DNA of 64,000 bases from Obrimoposthia wandeli (Eukaryota): positions 1-64,000 of the forward strand of contig CDROCS010000252.1 of NCBI GenBank assembly GCA_977020255.1. The letters are read 5' to 3'. Position numbers and translations under genes: made by a program. Each line of letters opens with the position of its first letter. Within the stretch, counting starts at the first letter, position 1. Under the pieces are notes generated by a model. The model did no database searches. It saw only the letters and a program-made list of their open reading frames with translations, and was not told the DNA's origin. Of this stretch, positions 49,433 through 59,277 are shown in pieces.

Positions 49433-50515
49433 TCACAAGCTATATTTCTTTTTGAAACGAATGACTTTTTTTAGATAATTACGAGATTCTAATTTGGGGT
49501 GCTTATTAATAATGTACTGGTAAACTTGCGCCGATGACATTCGATTTATTATAGCGATCGCTTTCTTTTTATTATTATCAAAGCTGCGTAATAACTGTCC
49601 TGCTCCGCCATTATAAGCCGCAATCATACAGAATTCCTGACTCAGAGGATCACTAATACCGCGCAAATAAACATCTCTTAATATCGATAAATAGCCACTG
49701 CCCACTTCAATATTATTGCTCGCATTAAATAAATATTGGCGACTAGGCTTATGATCATTTTTTTTAATTCGCTGAAAGTAGTCTCGCCCCGCTGTATTAG
49801 GCATTACCTGCATCAAACCATAAGCATGGGATCGACTGACTGCAAAAGGATTAAAGCTACTTTCTGTTTCAATTAATGCGAATATCAACGCCTCATCTAA
49901 TTCGTAACGTTGGGCAGCTTGAGTAACAAAAGGCAAGTACTGCTGAGCTGCAACTTGCTTAAATTGGCGCACCAGAGGAATATCGACCCAATAGGTTTTG
50001 TGCCCATTGACCCATCTTGACTTTAATTTCACATCGACAAGATATTGAGCATAACGTTCAGCACGCCACAAGAATTCGATGCTTTTACCATCATGGTCTT
50101 TTACTTTATTAAATAAAAACGGCTGACCCGTTAAGCCAACATCCCGCGCGGTATAAATATCAACCTGCTCTGGGTCGGCTGGAGTAAGTAGCATCGAGGT
50201 AATCGCGTGAGCCAAGACTTGTTGATGATCTTCTATCTTTTGAGTTTCCACTCGAATCCTGCCAAGAGTGAAATCCACTTGCGCACGACTGGCATATCCA
50301 TCTAAATACTTAACATAAGACTGCCGAGAAGGGGCTACAAAGTCTTCGCCCCAGTAAGAAAGGCCCTGTTCAGAAAAAAATTCAATTTCTAACAAGACTG
50401 CCTGAACATCATCAGATAAATCGATGAAATTTTCAGGTAACGCTGCTCGACTAGGTAAAGTCACAAGCGCCAAAAGGGTTATAAAAAAGAGTGAGATTAA
50501 CGGTCTTAAATGCAT
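49433..50515 (-). CDS. mltC: MltC-like lytic murein transglycosylase
   Basis: DUF3393-like N-part (SRQSYVKYLD..SRA.VDF..G.I.VET); SLT domain IETESSFNPFAVS, GLMQV, AYNGG. Confidence 0.82.
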   Translation of the reverse strand: MHLRPLISLFFITLLALVTLPSRAALPENFIDLSDDVQAVLLEIEFFSEQGLSYWGEDFVAPSRQSYVKYLDGYASRAQVDFTLGRIRVETQKIEDHQQVLAHAITSMLLTPADPEQVDIYTARDVGLTGQPFLFNKVKDHDGKSIEFLWRAERYAQYLVDVKLKSRWVNGHKTYWVDIPLVRQFKQVAAQQYLPFVTQAAQRYELDEALIFALIETESSFNPFAVSRSHAYGLMQVMPNTAGRDYFQRIKKNDHKPSRQYLFNASNNIEVGSGYLSILRDVYLRGISDPLSQEFCMIAAYNGGAGQLLRSFDNNKKKAIAIINRMSSAQVYQYIINKHPKLESRNYLKKVIRFKKKYSL

Positions 50516-50565
50516 AATGCCTCCAAGAAAGAGGCATCATACGGAATTACAGACAATTTGTCAGC

Positions 50566-51921
50566 CTAGCGCTTAGCTTCGCGCCTAACTGCCGACGTCG
50601 TAAATTCTTTTCTCGAGTATTCAACGCTGTAATCATAAGTGGCACCACGGTCATTATCGATACCTTCAACAAAATAACGACCATCTTTGAAATCATAGGT
50701 ATTTTCTAAGGTTGAGAAGACTAATGGAACCTCAAAGTAATTAATTAAATGGGCTTCACTAAACTGCCATAAAGAGCCTTCACTATCATATTCTTCGGCG
50801 TAGACAATCGACCAACTGTCTTCATCAAAGTAGTAGCGGCGCTTAGCATAACGATGCTGTAAACCAACACGTAACGTTGCTTCGACAACCCATACTCGAT
50901 GAGCTTCATAACGTAATAATTTTGGATTTAAATGAGCAGGGCCAGTAATATCTTCCAACGTCAATTCATCAGTGTGCAATAAATAAGAATTGTAAGGAAT
51001 GTACATTTCCTGCTTACCCACTAAATCCCACTCATAGTACGTTGGCGCACCATTAAACATATCAACTTGATCGATGGTTCTTAGAGAGTCTGTCGCACCA
51101 TCAGGAGTATCATGATTTAGATTCGGAGTTCGTCGAACCCGTCGCTGACCTGGCACATATATCCAAGACTTACGCGGTGAACGAACTTGGTCTAGGGTTT
51201 CATGAACAAGCGTAATTCCACCCGCTTGGCTAGCAGGGGCTAAAGTTTTACGCTTTAAAAAAAATATTTTGTTATTGAGATCTTCGGTTGATAGCTCTGG
51301 GTCAGAATAACCAAAATAATACTTATAATCTCGAACGGTAACAGCACGACTACCGGCTGAATTAACGTGAACCGTAGATGCCTGAAAACTAACTGACTGC
51401 CCACGAAAACGTAGCGTATGATTCCACAAAACTTCTAAACCATTTTTTGGAATTGGAAACGGAGAGCTAATTCTAGAGCCACTCACCCCTGAACCATATT
51501 TCATTAAAGAAGCATTATTTGCGTTGTTTTTAATTCCTTCATAAACATAATCAGGATACGACGCTGAGCGATGTGTTTCATACACCGGTAATTCCATACT
51601 TGGAAATTGCTGAAGTAATTTCTGACTGCCAGGACTCAGGCGAGCCTCATGATCTTTCATGTTAGCCTGAGTGATACTAAATAGTGGCTTTTCACGAAAA
51701 TAGGGATTGCTATGAAATGCGCCCGACTTATGGCTTTTAGACACCTTCAAACCGCCTGTCCAAGTCGGAATATCCTTGCCATTACCTGTTCTTTCAGCGC
51801 CAACAGGAGTCAAATCGGCAGTAAGACGCTTTACGTCTTGCACACTCCCGTAAGCAATATTGGCAGAGACTAAAGATAAAAGTATAAAGACAGTCTTGAT
51901 CATTATCGTTAAATTCCTCAA
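50566..51921 (-). CDS. DUF1329 family exported protein
   Basis: LTPVGAERTGNG..IP.WTGG, PFPIPKNGLEV.WNH, WIYVPGQRRVRR.P, D..DMFNG, YIPYN, YAKRRYYFDEDSW. Confidence 0.88.
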   Translation of the reverse strand: MRNLTIMIKTVFILLSLVSANIAYGSVQDVKRLTADLTPVGAERTGNGKDIPTWTGGLKVSKSHKSGAFHSNPYFREKPLFSITQANMKDHEARLSPGSQKLLQQFPSMELPVYETHRSASYPDYVYEGIKNNANNASLMKYGSGVSGSRISSPFPIPKNGLEVLWNHTLRFRGQSVSFQASTVHVNSAGSRAVTVRDYKYYFGYSDPELSTEDLNNKIFFLKRKTLAPASQAGGITLVHETLDQVRSPRKSWIYVPGQRRVRRTPNLNHDTPDGATDSLRTIDQVDMFNGAPTYYEWDLVGKQEMYIPYNSYLLHTDELTLEDITGPAHLNPKLLRYEAHRVWVVEATLRVGLQHRYAKRRYYFDEDSWSIVYAEEYDSEGSLWQFSEAHLINYFEVPLVFSTLENTYDFKDGRYFVEGIDNDRGATYDYSVEYSRKEFTTSAVRREAKR

Positions 51922-52083
51922 TTATTTGTGGGCAGGCTAATGGTTGAATATAAATGGAACAAGAGGAGGTTACGCTTAACTACAAAACCCTACATCCAGT
52001 TACATTCAACCGAGCTACAGTTTTATTCGGTACACCCGACATATTTGCCAATAGTCGGGTTAACAATAACGTTTAAGTTGAAC

Positions 52084-52686
52084 TTAACTTGAGAAATGAG
52101 GCGCTAAACCACTTCCCCATAAGATTGCTGTTGCTGCCATCAATCCCACCAAAGAGCACATTCCGACTGTCAAAATGGAGCTAGCAAAGATAAAACCACG
52201 CTCTTCTGGAATGTTCATGAAGATAGGTATACCGACATACAGTAAATACAAGGAATAAGTAACTGCACCTAATACAACAAAAACATCCAGCCATAGAATA
52301 GGCAACAAGCCAATAAAACCTGAAAGAAACATCGGTGTGGCAGTAAAGGTAGTAAAAATTAAGCAACGCTCAAAACTGGCATCCGCACCAAATGTTTTTT
52401 CCATCCAAAAAGTGCAATAAGAAACAAACCCTAGACCGACTAATAATGCAAAGTAAAACATCACGGCAATGGGAAGTGCACTTTCAATAGTCAGCTTAAT
52501 GACATCTCCACCTGCAATACTCCAACCAAACTGGGTTGTTCCTATAAACAAGCTTACCGGAGGAATTAAAGCGAGAAAAATTGCATAGCGAAGATAGACC
52601 TGCAATAAACTGTATTTTTCGCGGCGAATAAAAGACCATTCATTCTTAGGATGATAAAGCAGCCCAAACATATGTGCAGTAAACAT
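52084..52686 (-). CDS. Yip1/YohC family membrane protein
   Basis: GLL.HPK.EW, IPPVS.FIGTTQFGW, TATPMFL, YLLY.G.P.FM.IP.ERGF. Confidence 0.88.
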   Translation of the reverse strand: MFTAHMFGLLYHPKNEWSFIRREKYSLLQVYLRYAIFLALIPPVSLFIGTTQFGWSIAGGDVIKLTIESALPIAVMFYFALLVGLGFVSYCTFWMEKTFGADASFERCLIFTTFTATPMFLSGFIGLLPILWLDVFVVLGAVTYSLYLLYVGIPIFMNIPEERGFIFASSILTVGMCSLVGLMAATAILWGSGLAPHFSS

Positions 52687-52829
52687 AGTCGTCCCCTTAT
52701 GTTTCTAATGTGATATCACTTCATTGAGTAATACAAAACGCATTCCTCTATATTAATAACTAGCCAACAAAGCCGAAAATGGCAAGTAGCTAATACGTAC
52801 TGACAGCCTGCAAATGAAATTAAAACGCC

Positions 52830-53666
52830 TTAAATGCTCTCATTGATTATTGTATTCAGCCTAGGCATCAGAGCTAAGAGATTGTTATTACTGGATAAAA
52901 TGACGTCATCCAGTACACACAGTTTGATGCTTGCAACTATTTGAGCCAATAACAATAAACTAATTGGGGAATTACGAGGCTCCCCCCAAAAAGCAGGCCT
53001 CATATCCGGAGAGTCCGTTTCGAGCACCAACGAACCTAAAGGTAATTGTGCGATGGTCTTGCGTAATTTAGTTGCACGAGAATGGCTGACAGCGCCACCA
53101 ATGCCTAATAGAAAGCCCAACTTAATCAAAGCCTTGCCCTGTTGCACACTACCACTGAAGGCATGCACAATCCCTCCTTGATCAAACCCTAGGCGGCGGA
53201 CCATGCCTGCTATCTCATCATAAGACTTTCGCACATGTAAGATGACGGGAAGCCTCAATTCTTGGGCTAGATTAAATTGCTGCTCACACAAATCAATTTG
53301 CACTGGAAAAGTTGCTTCAGGTAAAGCGAAATCTAAGCCAAATTCACCAATCGCTATCGGACCATTCACTTGGCACAGTAACTTTAATTGCGTGACATCC
53401 TCCTCCCGATGCTGATCAAGAAAGTAAGGGTGAAGACCCAGCGCGTAAGCCCATGGCTTGCTATCGCACAGTGAAACCAAGCGCTGCCAATCCCTCGCAA
53501 CCACCCCTGGAATCAACAAACCAGCACAACCCCAGCGCTGTAGAAACTGCCAATGCTCTTCTCTATCAGAATCAAAAAGGTCAAAGTCAAAATGACAATG
53601 GGAATCAATCCACTGTACACCTAGATACGAATTCCCAGGCTTAGTTAATTTATTACAAAATGGCAT
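52830..53666 (-). CDS. TatD family hydrolase (YjjV-like)
   Basis: IDSHCHFD, GLHPYF, AIGEFGLD, LHVRK, VHAFSGS, VLETDSPDM. Confidence 0.9.
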   Translation of the reverse strand: MPFCNKLTKPGNSYLGVQWIDSHCHFDFDLFDSDREEHWQFLQRWGCAGLLIPGVVARDWQRLVSLCDSKPWAYALGLHPYFLDQHREEDVTQLKLLCQVNGPIAIGEFGLDFALPEATFPVQIDLCEQQFNLAQELRLPVILHVRKSYDEIAGMVRRLGFDQGGIVHAFSGSVQQGKALIKLGFLLGIGGAVSHSRATKLRKTIAQLPLGSLVLETDSPDMRPAFWGEPRNSPISLLLLAQIVASIKLCVLDDVILSSNNNLLALMPRLNTIINESI

Positions 53667-53732
53667 AGCCAGTCCTAGTAATTAATAGCATGATTGGTTT
53701 ATTCTGTTTGAAAATGGAAGTCGGAGCAACGA

Positions 53733-54125
53733 ATGGATCTCAGTCCCGGAGAGCTAAGAGAGATGGTTATTAGACCTACTCTTATCGCTCTTGATAAATA
53801 TTCCCAAGCCGCCGAGAACTTACTTCTCGCGATAGCGATGGTTAAGCAAGAGAACATTAGTCGCTTTGCAGCAACAAACAGCAAAGCATATGGCATATTT
53901 CAAATTGATGTACCGACCCACCAGCGCGTCTGGGATAAATATCTTGCGTTCCACCCAGACCTAGCCAGTAAAGTTCGCGGATTAGCATCACAAAGGGAAT
54001 TCCTTAATAACCCGCATTTAGAGCTAGCAACTAATTTGTCGTATGCCACCGCGATAGCTTGGTCATTACACCTCGCATATCCACAAGCGAAAAAAGCATC
54101 AGTAGCAAAGACCCATCCCGCCTAG
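53733..54125 (+). CDS. Conserved hypothetical protein, lysozyme/transglycosylase-like remnant
   Basis: VIRPTL..L..YS.AAENLL, YGIFQI...TH..VWD.YL, L..NL.YATAIAW pattern. Confidence 0.55.
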   Translation: MDLSPGELREMVIRPTLIALDKYSQAAENLLLAIAMVKQENISRFAATNSKAYGIFQIDVPTHQRVWDKYLAFHPDLASKVRGLASQREFLNNPHLELATNLSYATAIAWSLHLAYPQAKKASVAKTHPA

Positions 54126-54674
54126 ACCACAATACCCGCCTGGATTTTTAGCCAAATATTGCTGATGATAATCCTCTGCAAAATAAAATTCAGGCGTCGC
54201 TAAAATTTCAGTCGTTATCGCACCAAAATCCGCCTTGGAAAGTACCTGCTGAAAATGTTCTTTCGATTCATTCGCCAATTTAAGCTGCTGTTCAGAGAAT
54301 GCATAGATCCCACTGCGATATTGAGTGCCCTTATCATTTCCTTGTCTGTTGCCTTGAGTTGGATTATGCGATTGCCAAAACACCTCTAACAACTGCTGAT
54401 AACTAATCACCTCAGGATTATAAGCGACTCGAACAACTTCATTATGTCCGCTCGTGCCCGAGCAAACCTGTTGATAAGTTGGATGTTCCAGATTACCTGC
54501 GGTATAACCTACCGACGTTACATGCACACCTTCTAACAGCCAAAATTTTCGTTCGGCTCCCCAGAAGCAACCTAAGCCAAACATTGCGTATGCCATCCCA
54601 ACAGGCAATTGGTCAACATTGCCACCATTCACAAAATGGACGGCTGAATGAGGCATATTAATAGCACTCGTCAT
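54099..54674 (-). CDS. msrA: Peptide-methionine (S)-S-oxide reductase
   Basis: GCFWGAE, PTYQQVCSG.SGH.EVV, QYRS, FYFAEDYHQQYL.KNP.GYC. Confidence 0.96.
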   Translation of the reverse strand: MTSAINMPHSAVHFVNGGNVDQLPVGMAYAMFGLGCFWGAERKFWLLEGVHVTSVGYTAGNLEHPTYQQVCSGTSGHNEVVRVAYNPEVISYQQLLEVFWQSHNPTQGNRQGNDKGTQYRSGIYAFSEQQLKLANESKEHFQQVLSKADFGAITTEILATPEFYFAEDYHQQYLAKNPGGYCGLGGMGLCY

Positions 54675-54686
54675 AAATTTTTCTCC

Positions 54687-54720
54687 AAAAAAAAGGCCAT
54701 AACTTGAAAGCTATGACCTT
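54687..54720 (-). terminator. Terminator downstream of acyl-CoA dehydrogenase
   Basis: AAAAAAAAGGCCATAAC-TTGAAA-GCTATGACCTT. Confidence 0.6.
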
Positions 54721-54813
54721 AATATATAACACTGAGTTCAATAATAACTAACAAAGACTCATTAATCTAAAAGCGACTACTTATCTTAGAAAGAGAGTAT
54801 TAGAAAGAGCTCC

Positions 54814-56616
54814 TTAGAAAGAGAAGTCTTCTTCTTTCATCTGCATTAACGTTTTAGGATCTTGCAACATCATTTTCGCATGACCCTTAGTACGCGGAAG
54901 CATACGCTCAAAGTAAAATTCAGCCGTCTGAATCTTAGCTTTATAGAATGCTAAATCTCCTTCACCCGCTTCAATTTTAGCGTACGCAGTTTCAGCCATC
55001 ATTGCCCAGTAATATGCTAAGCAAACATAACCAGAGTACATTAGGTAATCAACCGATGCCGAACCTACCATGTCACGGTTCTTAGAAGCTTTAAACGCAA
55101 TGCGGTAGTTATTAATCTTCCAAGCCAACATGCAGCGCTTAAGAGGCTTAATAAACTTCTTCATTTCAGAACGCTTAGTTCCCTTAGTGAATTCAGAAAC
55201 CTTATCAGCAAAAGTATTAAACGATTTAAACTTACCTAATAGAACCTTGCGGCCTAATAGATCGAGTGCCTGCACACCGGTAGTGCCTTCGTACAACTTA
55301 GAGATCTGAGAATCACGAACAATCTGCTCCATGCCCCACTCTTTAATATAACCATGACCACCATAAACCTGAACGCCATGGTTAGCCGCTTCATAACCCA
55401 ACTCAGTTAAGAAGGCTTTCAAGATAGGTGTTAAAAAGCCTAACTCATCATCATACTTTTCATAAAGTTCAGTCTCACCCTTAGAATGCGCTGCATTCAT
55501 TAAGTCAGCAATACGCGCGGCGTTATAAACCATTGCACGGCCGCCTTCAGCGATCGCCTTCTGAGTTAATAACATACGACGCACATCAGGGTGAACCATT
55601 AAAGTATCTGCTACTTTATCTGGATCTTTTTTACCCGTTAACGCGCGCATCGAGCGACGATCTTTGGCATACGGTAATGCGCCCTGAAAAGATAATTCAG
55701 CAGAAGCAACACCTTGAATAGAAGTACCGATACGCGCGGTATTCATAAAGGTAAACATGCACATCAAACCCTTATTTTCAGGGCCGATCAAATAACCTTT
55801 GGCGTTATCAAAGTTCATCACACAAGTAGATGAAGCATGAATACCCATTTTTTCTTCAATCGAACCACAGGTCACTGGGTTACGATCACCCAAAGAACCA
55901 TCGGTATTCACATTGAACTTAGGCACGATAAATAATGAAATACCACGCGTACCTTCTGGAGCATCTGGTAGACGCGCTAATACGATATGAATGATATTAT
56001 CAGTCAGATCGTGATCACCCGAGGAGATAAATATTTTAGTGCCGGTAACATTATAAGAACCATCACCGTTAGGCTCAGCCTTAGTTTTAACTTGGCCCAA
56101 ATCCGTACCACATTGTGGCTCAGTCAGACACATAGTGCCCATCCAGCGACCGTCAGACAGTGGCACAAAGTATTCACGCTTCTGCGCTTCAGTACCGTGC
56201 ATCCAAATAGTATTCATCGCACCCAAAGACAGACCCGGGTACATGCCCCAAGACCAGTTAGCGGTACCAATCATTTCAGATTTAGCCAATGCCAACGAAA
56301 TAGGAAGGCCCTGACCGCCATATTCTACCGGTGTTGCCATAGACTGCCAGCCGCCTTCAACGTACTGGTCATAAGCTTCTTTAAAGCCTTTAGGCGTTTT
56401 TACATCTCCATTATCGAAAGTACAGCCTTCATCACCGCTCTGATATAAAGGGGCAATAATATCTTCAGAGAAAGAAGCCGCAGCTTCAAGAATCATATCA
56501 ACCATTTCAGGCGTCGCTTCATCGCCACCAGGGATTGTTTGATAATGCTTTTGAAAATTGTAAACATCGTTCATTAAGAACTTGATGTCTTTAACAGGAG
56601 CCTTGTACTGAACCAT
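54814..56616 (-). CDS. Acyl-CoA dehydrogenase (~600 aa long form)
   Basis: TMCLTEPQCGTDLG, GTKIFISSG, EKMGIHAS.TC, GVQVYGGHGYIKEWGMEQ..RD..I..LYEGT. Confidence 0.95.
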   Translation of the reverse strand: MVQYKAPVKDIKFLMNDVYNFQKHYQTIPGGDEATPEMVDMILEAAASFSEDIIAPLYQSGDEGCTFDNGDVKTPKGFKEAYDQYVEGGWQSMATPVEYGGQGLPISLALAKSEMIGTANWSWGMYPGLSLGAMNTIWMHGTEAQKREYFVPLSDGRWMGTMCLTEPQCGTDLGQVKTKAEPNGDGSYNVTGTKIFISSGDHDLTDNIIHIVLARLPDAPEGTRGISLFIVPKFNVNTDGSLGDRNPVTCGSIEEKMGIHASSTCVMNFDNAKGYLIGPENKGLMCMFTFMNTARIGTSIQGVASAELSFQGALPYAKDRRSMRALTGKKDPDKVADTLMVHPDVRRMLLTQKAIAEGGRAMVYNAARIADLMNAAHSKGETELYEKYDDELGFLTPILKAFLTELGYEAANHGVQVYGGHGYIKEWGMEQIVRDSQISKLYEGTTGVQALDLLGRKVLLGKFKSFNTFADKVSEFTKGTKRSEMKKFIKPLKRCMLAWKINNYRIAFKASKNRDMVGSASVDYLMYSGYVCLAYYWAMMAETAYAKIEAGEGDLAFYKAKIQTAEFYFERMLPRTKGHAKMMLQDPKTLMQMKEEDFSF

Positions 56617-56641
56617 GGGAAAACCTTTTAATTAAATAAGC

Positions 56642-56659
56642 TTTAAATACTTGTTGTAA
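56642..56659. promoter_or_regulatory. Possible PsrA-type operator upstream of acyl-CoA dehydrogenase
   Basis: TTTAAATACTTGTTGTAA vs recalled TTCAAACA-NN-TGTTTGAA pattern, 12/16 matches. Confidence 0.3.
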
Positions 56660-56676
56660 CTGTTCGCGATAAACTA

Positions 56677-56696
56677 TTGATTGAGCGTTTACTAAA
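56677..56696. promoter_or_regulatory. BetI-like operator upstream of BCCT gene
   Basis: TTGATTGAGCGTTTACTAAA vs recalled BetI palindrome TTGATTGAACGTTCAATCAA, 16/20 matches. Confidence 0.5.
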
Positions 56697-56889
56697 ACTA
56701 AGCGAACTAATGATCAAATCGATTATTACAGGATGCGATAGAAAGGCATTGGCTAGCTAGCCCAGTTACCATGTCGCAAGAGTGAGTGCCTCAAGAGCGC
56801 TAGATCATTACCTACGGTTGTAATTCGCTGGCTTACTCCCTATGGTTAATCTATAACAATGCACCTGGAGAAATGAATGAGTACTTCTA

Positions 56890-58461
56890 ATGACGAATAA
56901 TGATAAATACAGTATTGAAAATACCGATTATACGGTCGGACAAGACAATATTCAGAAGTGGGGATTTGATGTTCACAACGCCGTATTTGGTATCAGCGCA
57001 GGTCTGATTTTAATCTTTTTAATTGCAACCCTCGTCGCTGACCCGGCATCCTCCAAAGCACTACTCGATGGCCTAAAGTGGGACATTATTAAAACCTTCG
57101 ATGCCTTTTTTATGTGGTCTGCCAACTTCTTCGTGGTCTTCTGCCTAGTACTTGCCTTATCACCTTGGGGAAAAATCCGTCTTGGTGGCATTAAAGCCAA
57201 AGCCGAACATTCAACAATGTCTTGGCTAGCCATGCTATTTTCTGCTGGCATGGGTATTGGCCTTATGTTCTGGGGTGTCGCTGAACCCGTTGCCTATTTC
57301 ACTGGCTGGTACGAAACACCATTAGGCGTTACTGCCAATACACCAGAAGCGGCCGACATGGCGTTAGGCGCAACCATGTATCACTGGGGTCTACACCCTT
57401 GGGCAATATATGGCGTAGTTGCCTTATCACTGGCATTTTTCACTTATAACAAAGGCTTGCCGCTTTCGATGCGCTCAGTGTTCTATCCCCTTTTAGGAGA
57501 CCGCACATGGGGCTGGCCTGGACACATCATTGATATTTTAGCGGTACTCGCAACCTTGTTTGGTTTAGCCACATCTCTGGGCTTAGGAGCACAACAGGCC
57601 GCCGCAGGCATCAGTCATGTATTTGGTATTTCTGGTGGTATTAGTCTGCAGATCATCATTATTATCGTTATCACCGTACTCGCGACCGCCTCTGTGGTAC
57701 GTGGATTAGAAGGTGGCGTTAAAGTTTTATCAAACGTTAATATGATCATTGCCTTCTTATTATTAATGTTTGTTATCGCTCTCGCATTTGCCGTTTCTAT
57801 GGGGACTATTCCACAAACGATCATGGCTTATGTACAGAATATTATTCCACTATCCAACCCCCACGGACGTCCAGACGAAGCTTGGTTTCAAGGCTGGACT
57901 GTATTTTACTGGGCTTGGTGGATTTCCTGGTCTCCTTTTGTAGGCATGTTTATCGCGCGTATTTCTAAGGGCCGTACCGTCCGTGAGTTTGTTACCGCTG
58001 TTTTATTGGTACCGACAATTGTTACAACCGTTTGGATGTCAGTTTATGGCGGTATTGCGATTGAGCAGGTGCAAAATGGTATCGGGGCTTTAGGAACCGA
58101 CGGGCTAACCTCTGTTCCGCTAGCGATGTTCCAGATGTTTGATGAAATGGCACTCGGCTCAATACTGTCTTGTATTGCCATTCTGTTAGTACTGGTTTTC
58201 TTCATCACCTCATCCGATTCTGGATCGTTGGTTATTGACAGCATTACCTCTGGCGGCAAGATTGATGCGCCCGTACCCCAGCGAATTTTCTGGGCGACAG
58301 TCGAAGGTGCTATCGCTATCGCTTTACTCTGGATCGGTGGGACAGAAGCCATCCAAGCGTTACAAGCAGCCACCATCTCGACAGGCTTGCCCTTCACGTT
58401 TGTATTATTACTGATGTGTGTTTCCCTAATTATGGGAATGCGTACTGAAGCTAAAAAATAA
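56890..58461 (+). CDS. BCCT family transporter
   Basis: MLFSAGMGIGLMFWGVAEP, HWGLHPWAIY, WTVFYWAWWISWSPFVGMFIARISKGRTVREF, TSSDSGSLV. Confidence 0.96.
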   Translation: MTNNDKYSIENTDYTVGQDNIQKWGFDVHNAVFGISAGLILIFLIATLVADPASSKALLDGLKWDIIKTFDAFFMWSANFFVVFCLVLALSPWGKIRLGGIKAKAEHSTMSWLAMLFSAGMGIGLMFWGVAEPVAYFTGWYETPLGVTANTPEAADMALGATMYHWGLHPWAIYGVVALSLAFFTYNKGLPLSMRSVFYPLLGDRTWGWPGHIIDILAVLATLFGLATSLGLGAQQAAAGISHVFGISGGISLQIIIIIVITVLATASVVRGLEGGVKVLSNVNMIIAFLLLMFVIALAFAVSMGTIPQTIMAYVQNIIPLSNPHGRPDEAWFQGWTVFYWAWWISWSPFVGMFIARISKGRTVREFVTAVLLVPTIVTTVWMSVYGGIAIEQVQNGIGALGTDGLTSVPLAMFQMFDEMALGSILSCIAILLVLVFFITSSDSGSLVIDSITSGGKIDAPVPQRIFWATVEGAIAIALLWIGGTEAIQALQAATISTGLPFTFVLLLMCVSLIMGMRTEAKK

Positions 58462-58486
58462 ACGTTAGAAGATAACTTTTAGATCG

Positions 58487-58513
58487 AGCGCCCTATTCAT
58501 GGGCGCTTTTTTT
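58487..58513 (+). terminator. Intrinsic terminator after BCCT
   Basis: AGCGCCC-TATTCAT-GGGCGCTTTTTTT. Confidence 0.85.
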
Positions 58514-58555
58514 TGCCTTTCTTTTGTACCCGCCTTCATACCCCCCCCCGCGTCA

Positions 58556-59266
58556 TCAGTACCAGAGCTTTCTAACCGGTGTTTGCGCTAACTTATGTTT
58601 GGCAATCTGAGCTTGCAGCAGCTCGGCTGTGGCTAATGCGTCTACCAGTGCATTATGATTTTCATAGGCGGGTAAATGATAGCGTTCACGCGCATAGAGC
58701 AAGCGTAAAGAAGGCAGTTGCTTTTGCAGAAAATCGACCAAAGATTGTTTACGACGTAAGTATCGCGCTTCTAGCTCTAGCGTATCGATGACTGGGAACA
58801 AGAAGTTTTGTTGTAACAACTCAGCAATAGCCGTACGGAAAAATTCGCGCTCCATATACCGATAATGCACAACGACCTGTTTACCCTGAAGACTCGCCAA
58901 CAACTCTGGCAATATCGAATCCAACGAAGGGGCTTCAGCTACTTCACTATGCGTGATCCCGTGAACGATAACCGACTCAGAGGTTAAACGTCGACTGCTC
59001 ACAACCCAATGCTTAGCCTTTGCCAAATAGATACGCTGGTGGTCGAATGGCACCAAGCCAATACTAACAATGTCATCTTCCTGCGCATTCAAACCCGTTG
59101 TCTCTATATCTAAAGCAACAAAATCTGTCGCTTGCATAGATTGCTTAGCATCTAATAAAGGGTGCTGATAAAAAGACTCTAAATAGTCAGGCAACTGATC
59201 CTGAACCTGCGCTGAATAAAACTGATCCCAGTCATTTGGAATAACTTGATAAGAGTATAAGGCCAT
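58556..59266 (-). CDS. DEDDh 3'-5' exonuclease (DnaQ-like)
   Basis: LDIETTGL, HGIT, VHY..ME..F, HNALVDALATAELL. Confidence 0.92.
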   Translation of the reverse strand: MALYSYQVIPNDWDQFYSAQVQDQLPDYLESFYQHPLLDAKQSMQATDFVALDIETTGLNAQEDDIVSIGLVPFDHQRIYLAKAKHWVVSSRRLTSESVIVHGITHSEVAEAPSLDSILPELLASLQGKQVVVHYRYMEREFFRTAIAELLQQNFLFPVIDTLELEARYLRRKQSLVDFLQKQLPSLRLLYARERYHLPAYENHNALVDALATAELLQAQIAKHKLAQTPVRKLWY

Positions 59267-59277
59267 TTATTTTAACC

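Noticed and set aside
58541-58549. Run of nine C in an AT-rich genome
   Set aside because: Intergenic, between convergent gene ends; no coding or promoter element whose phase it could switch
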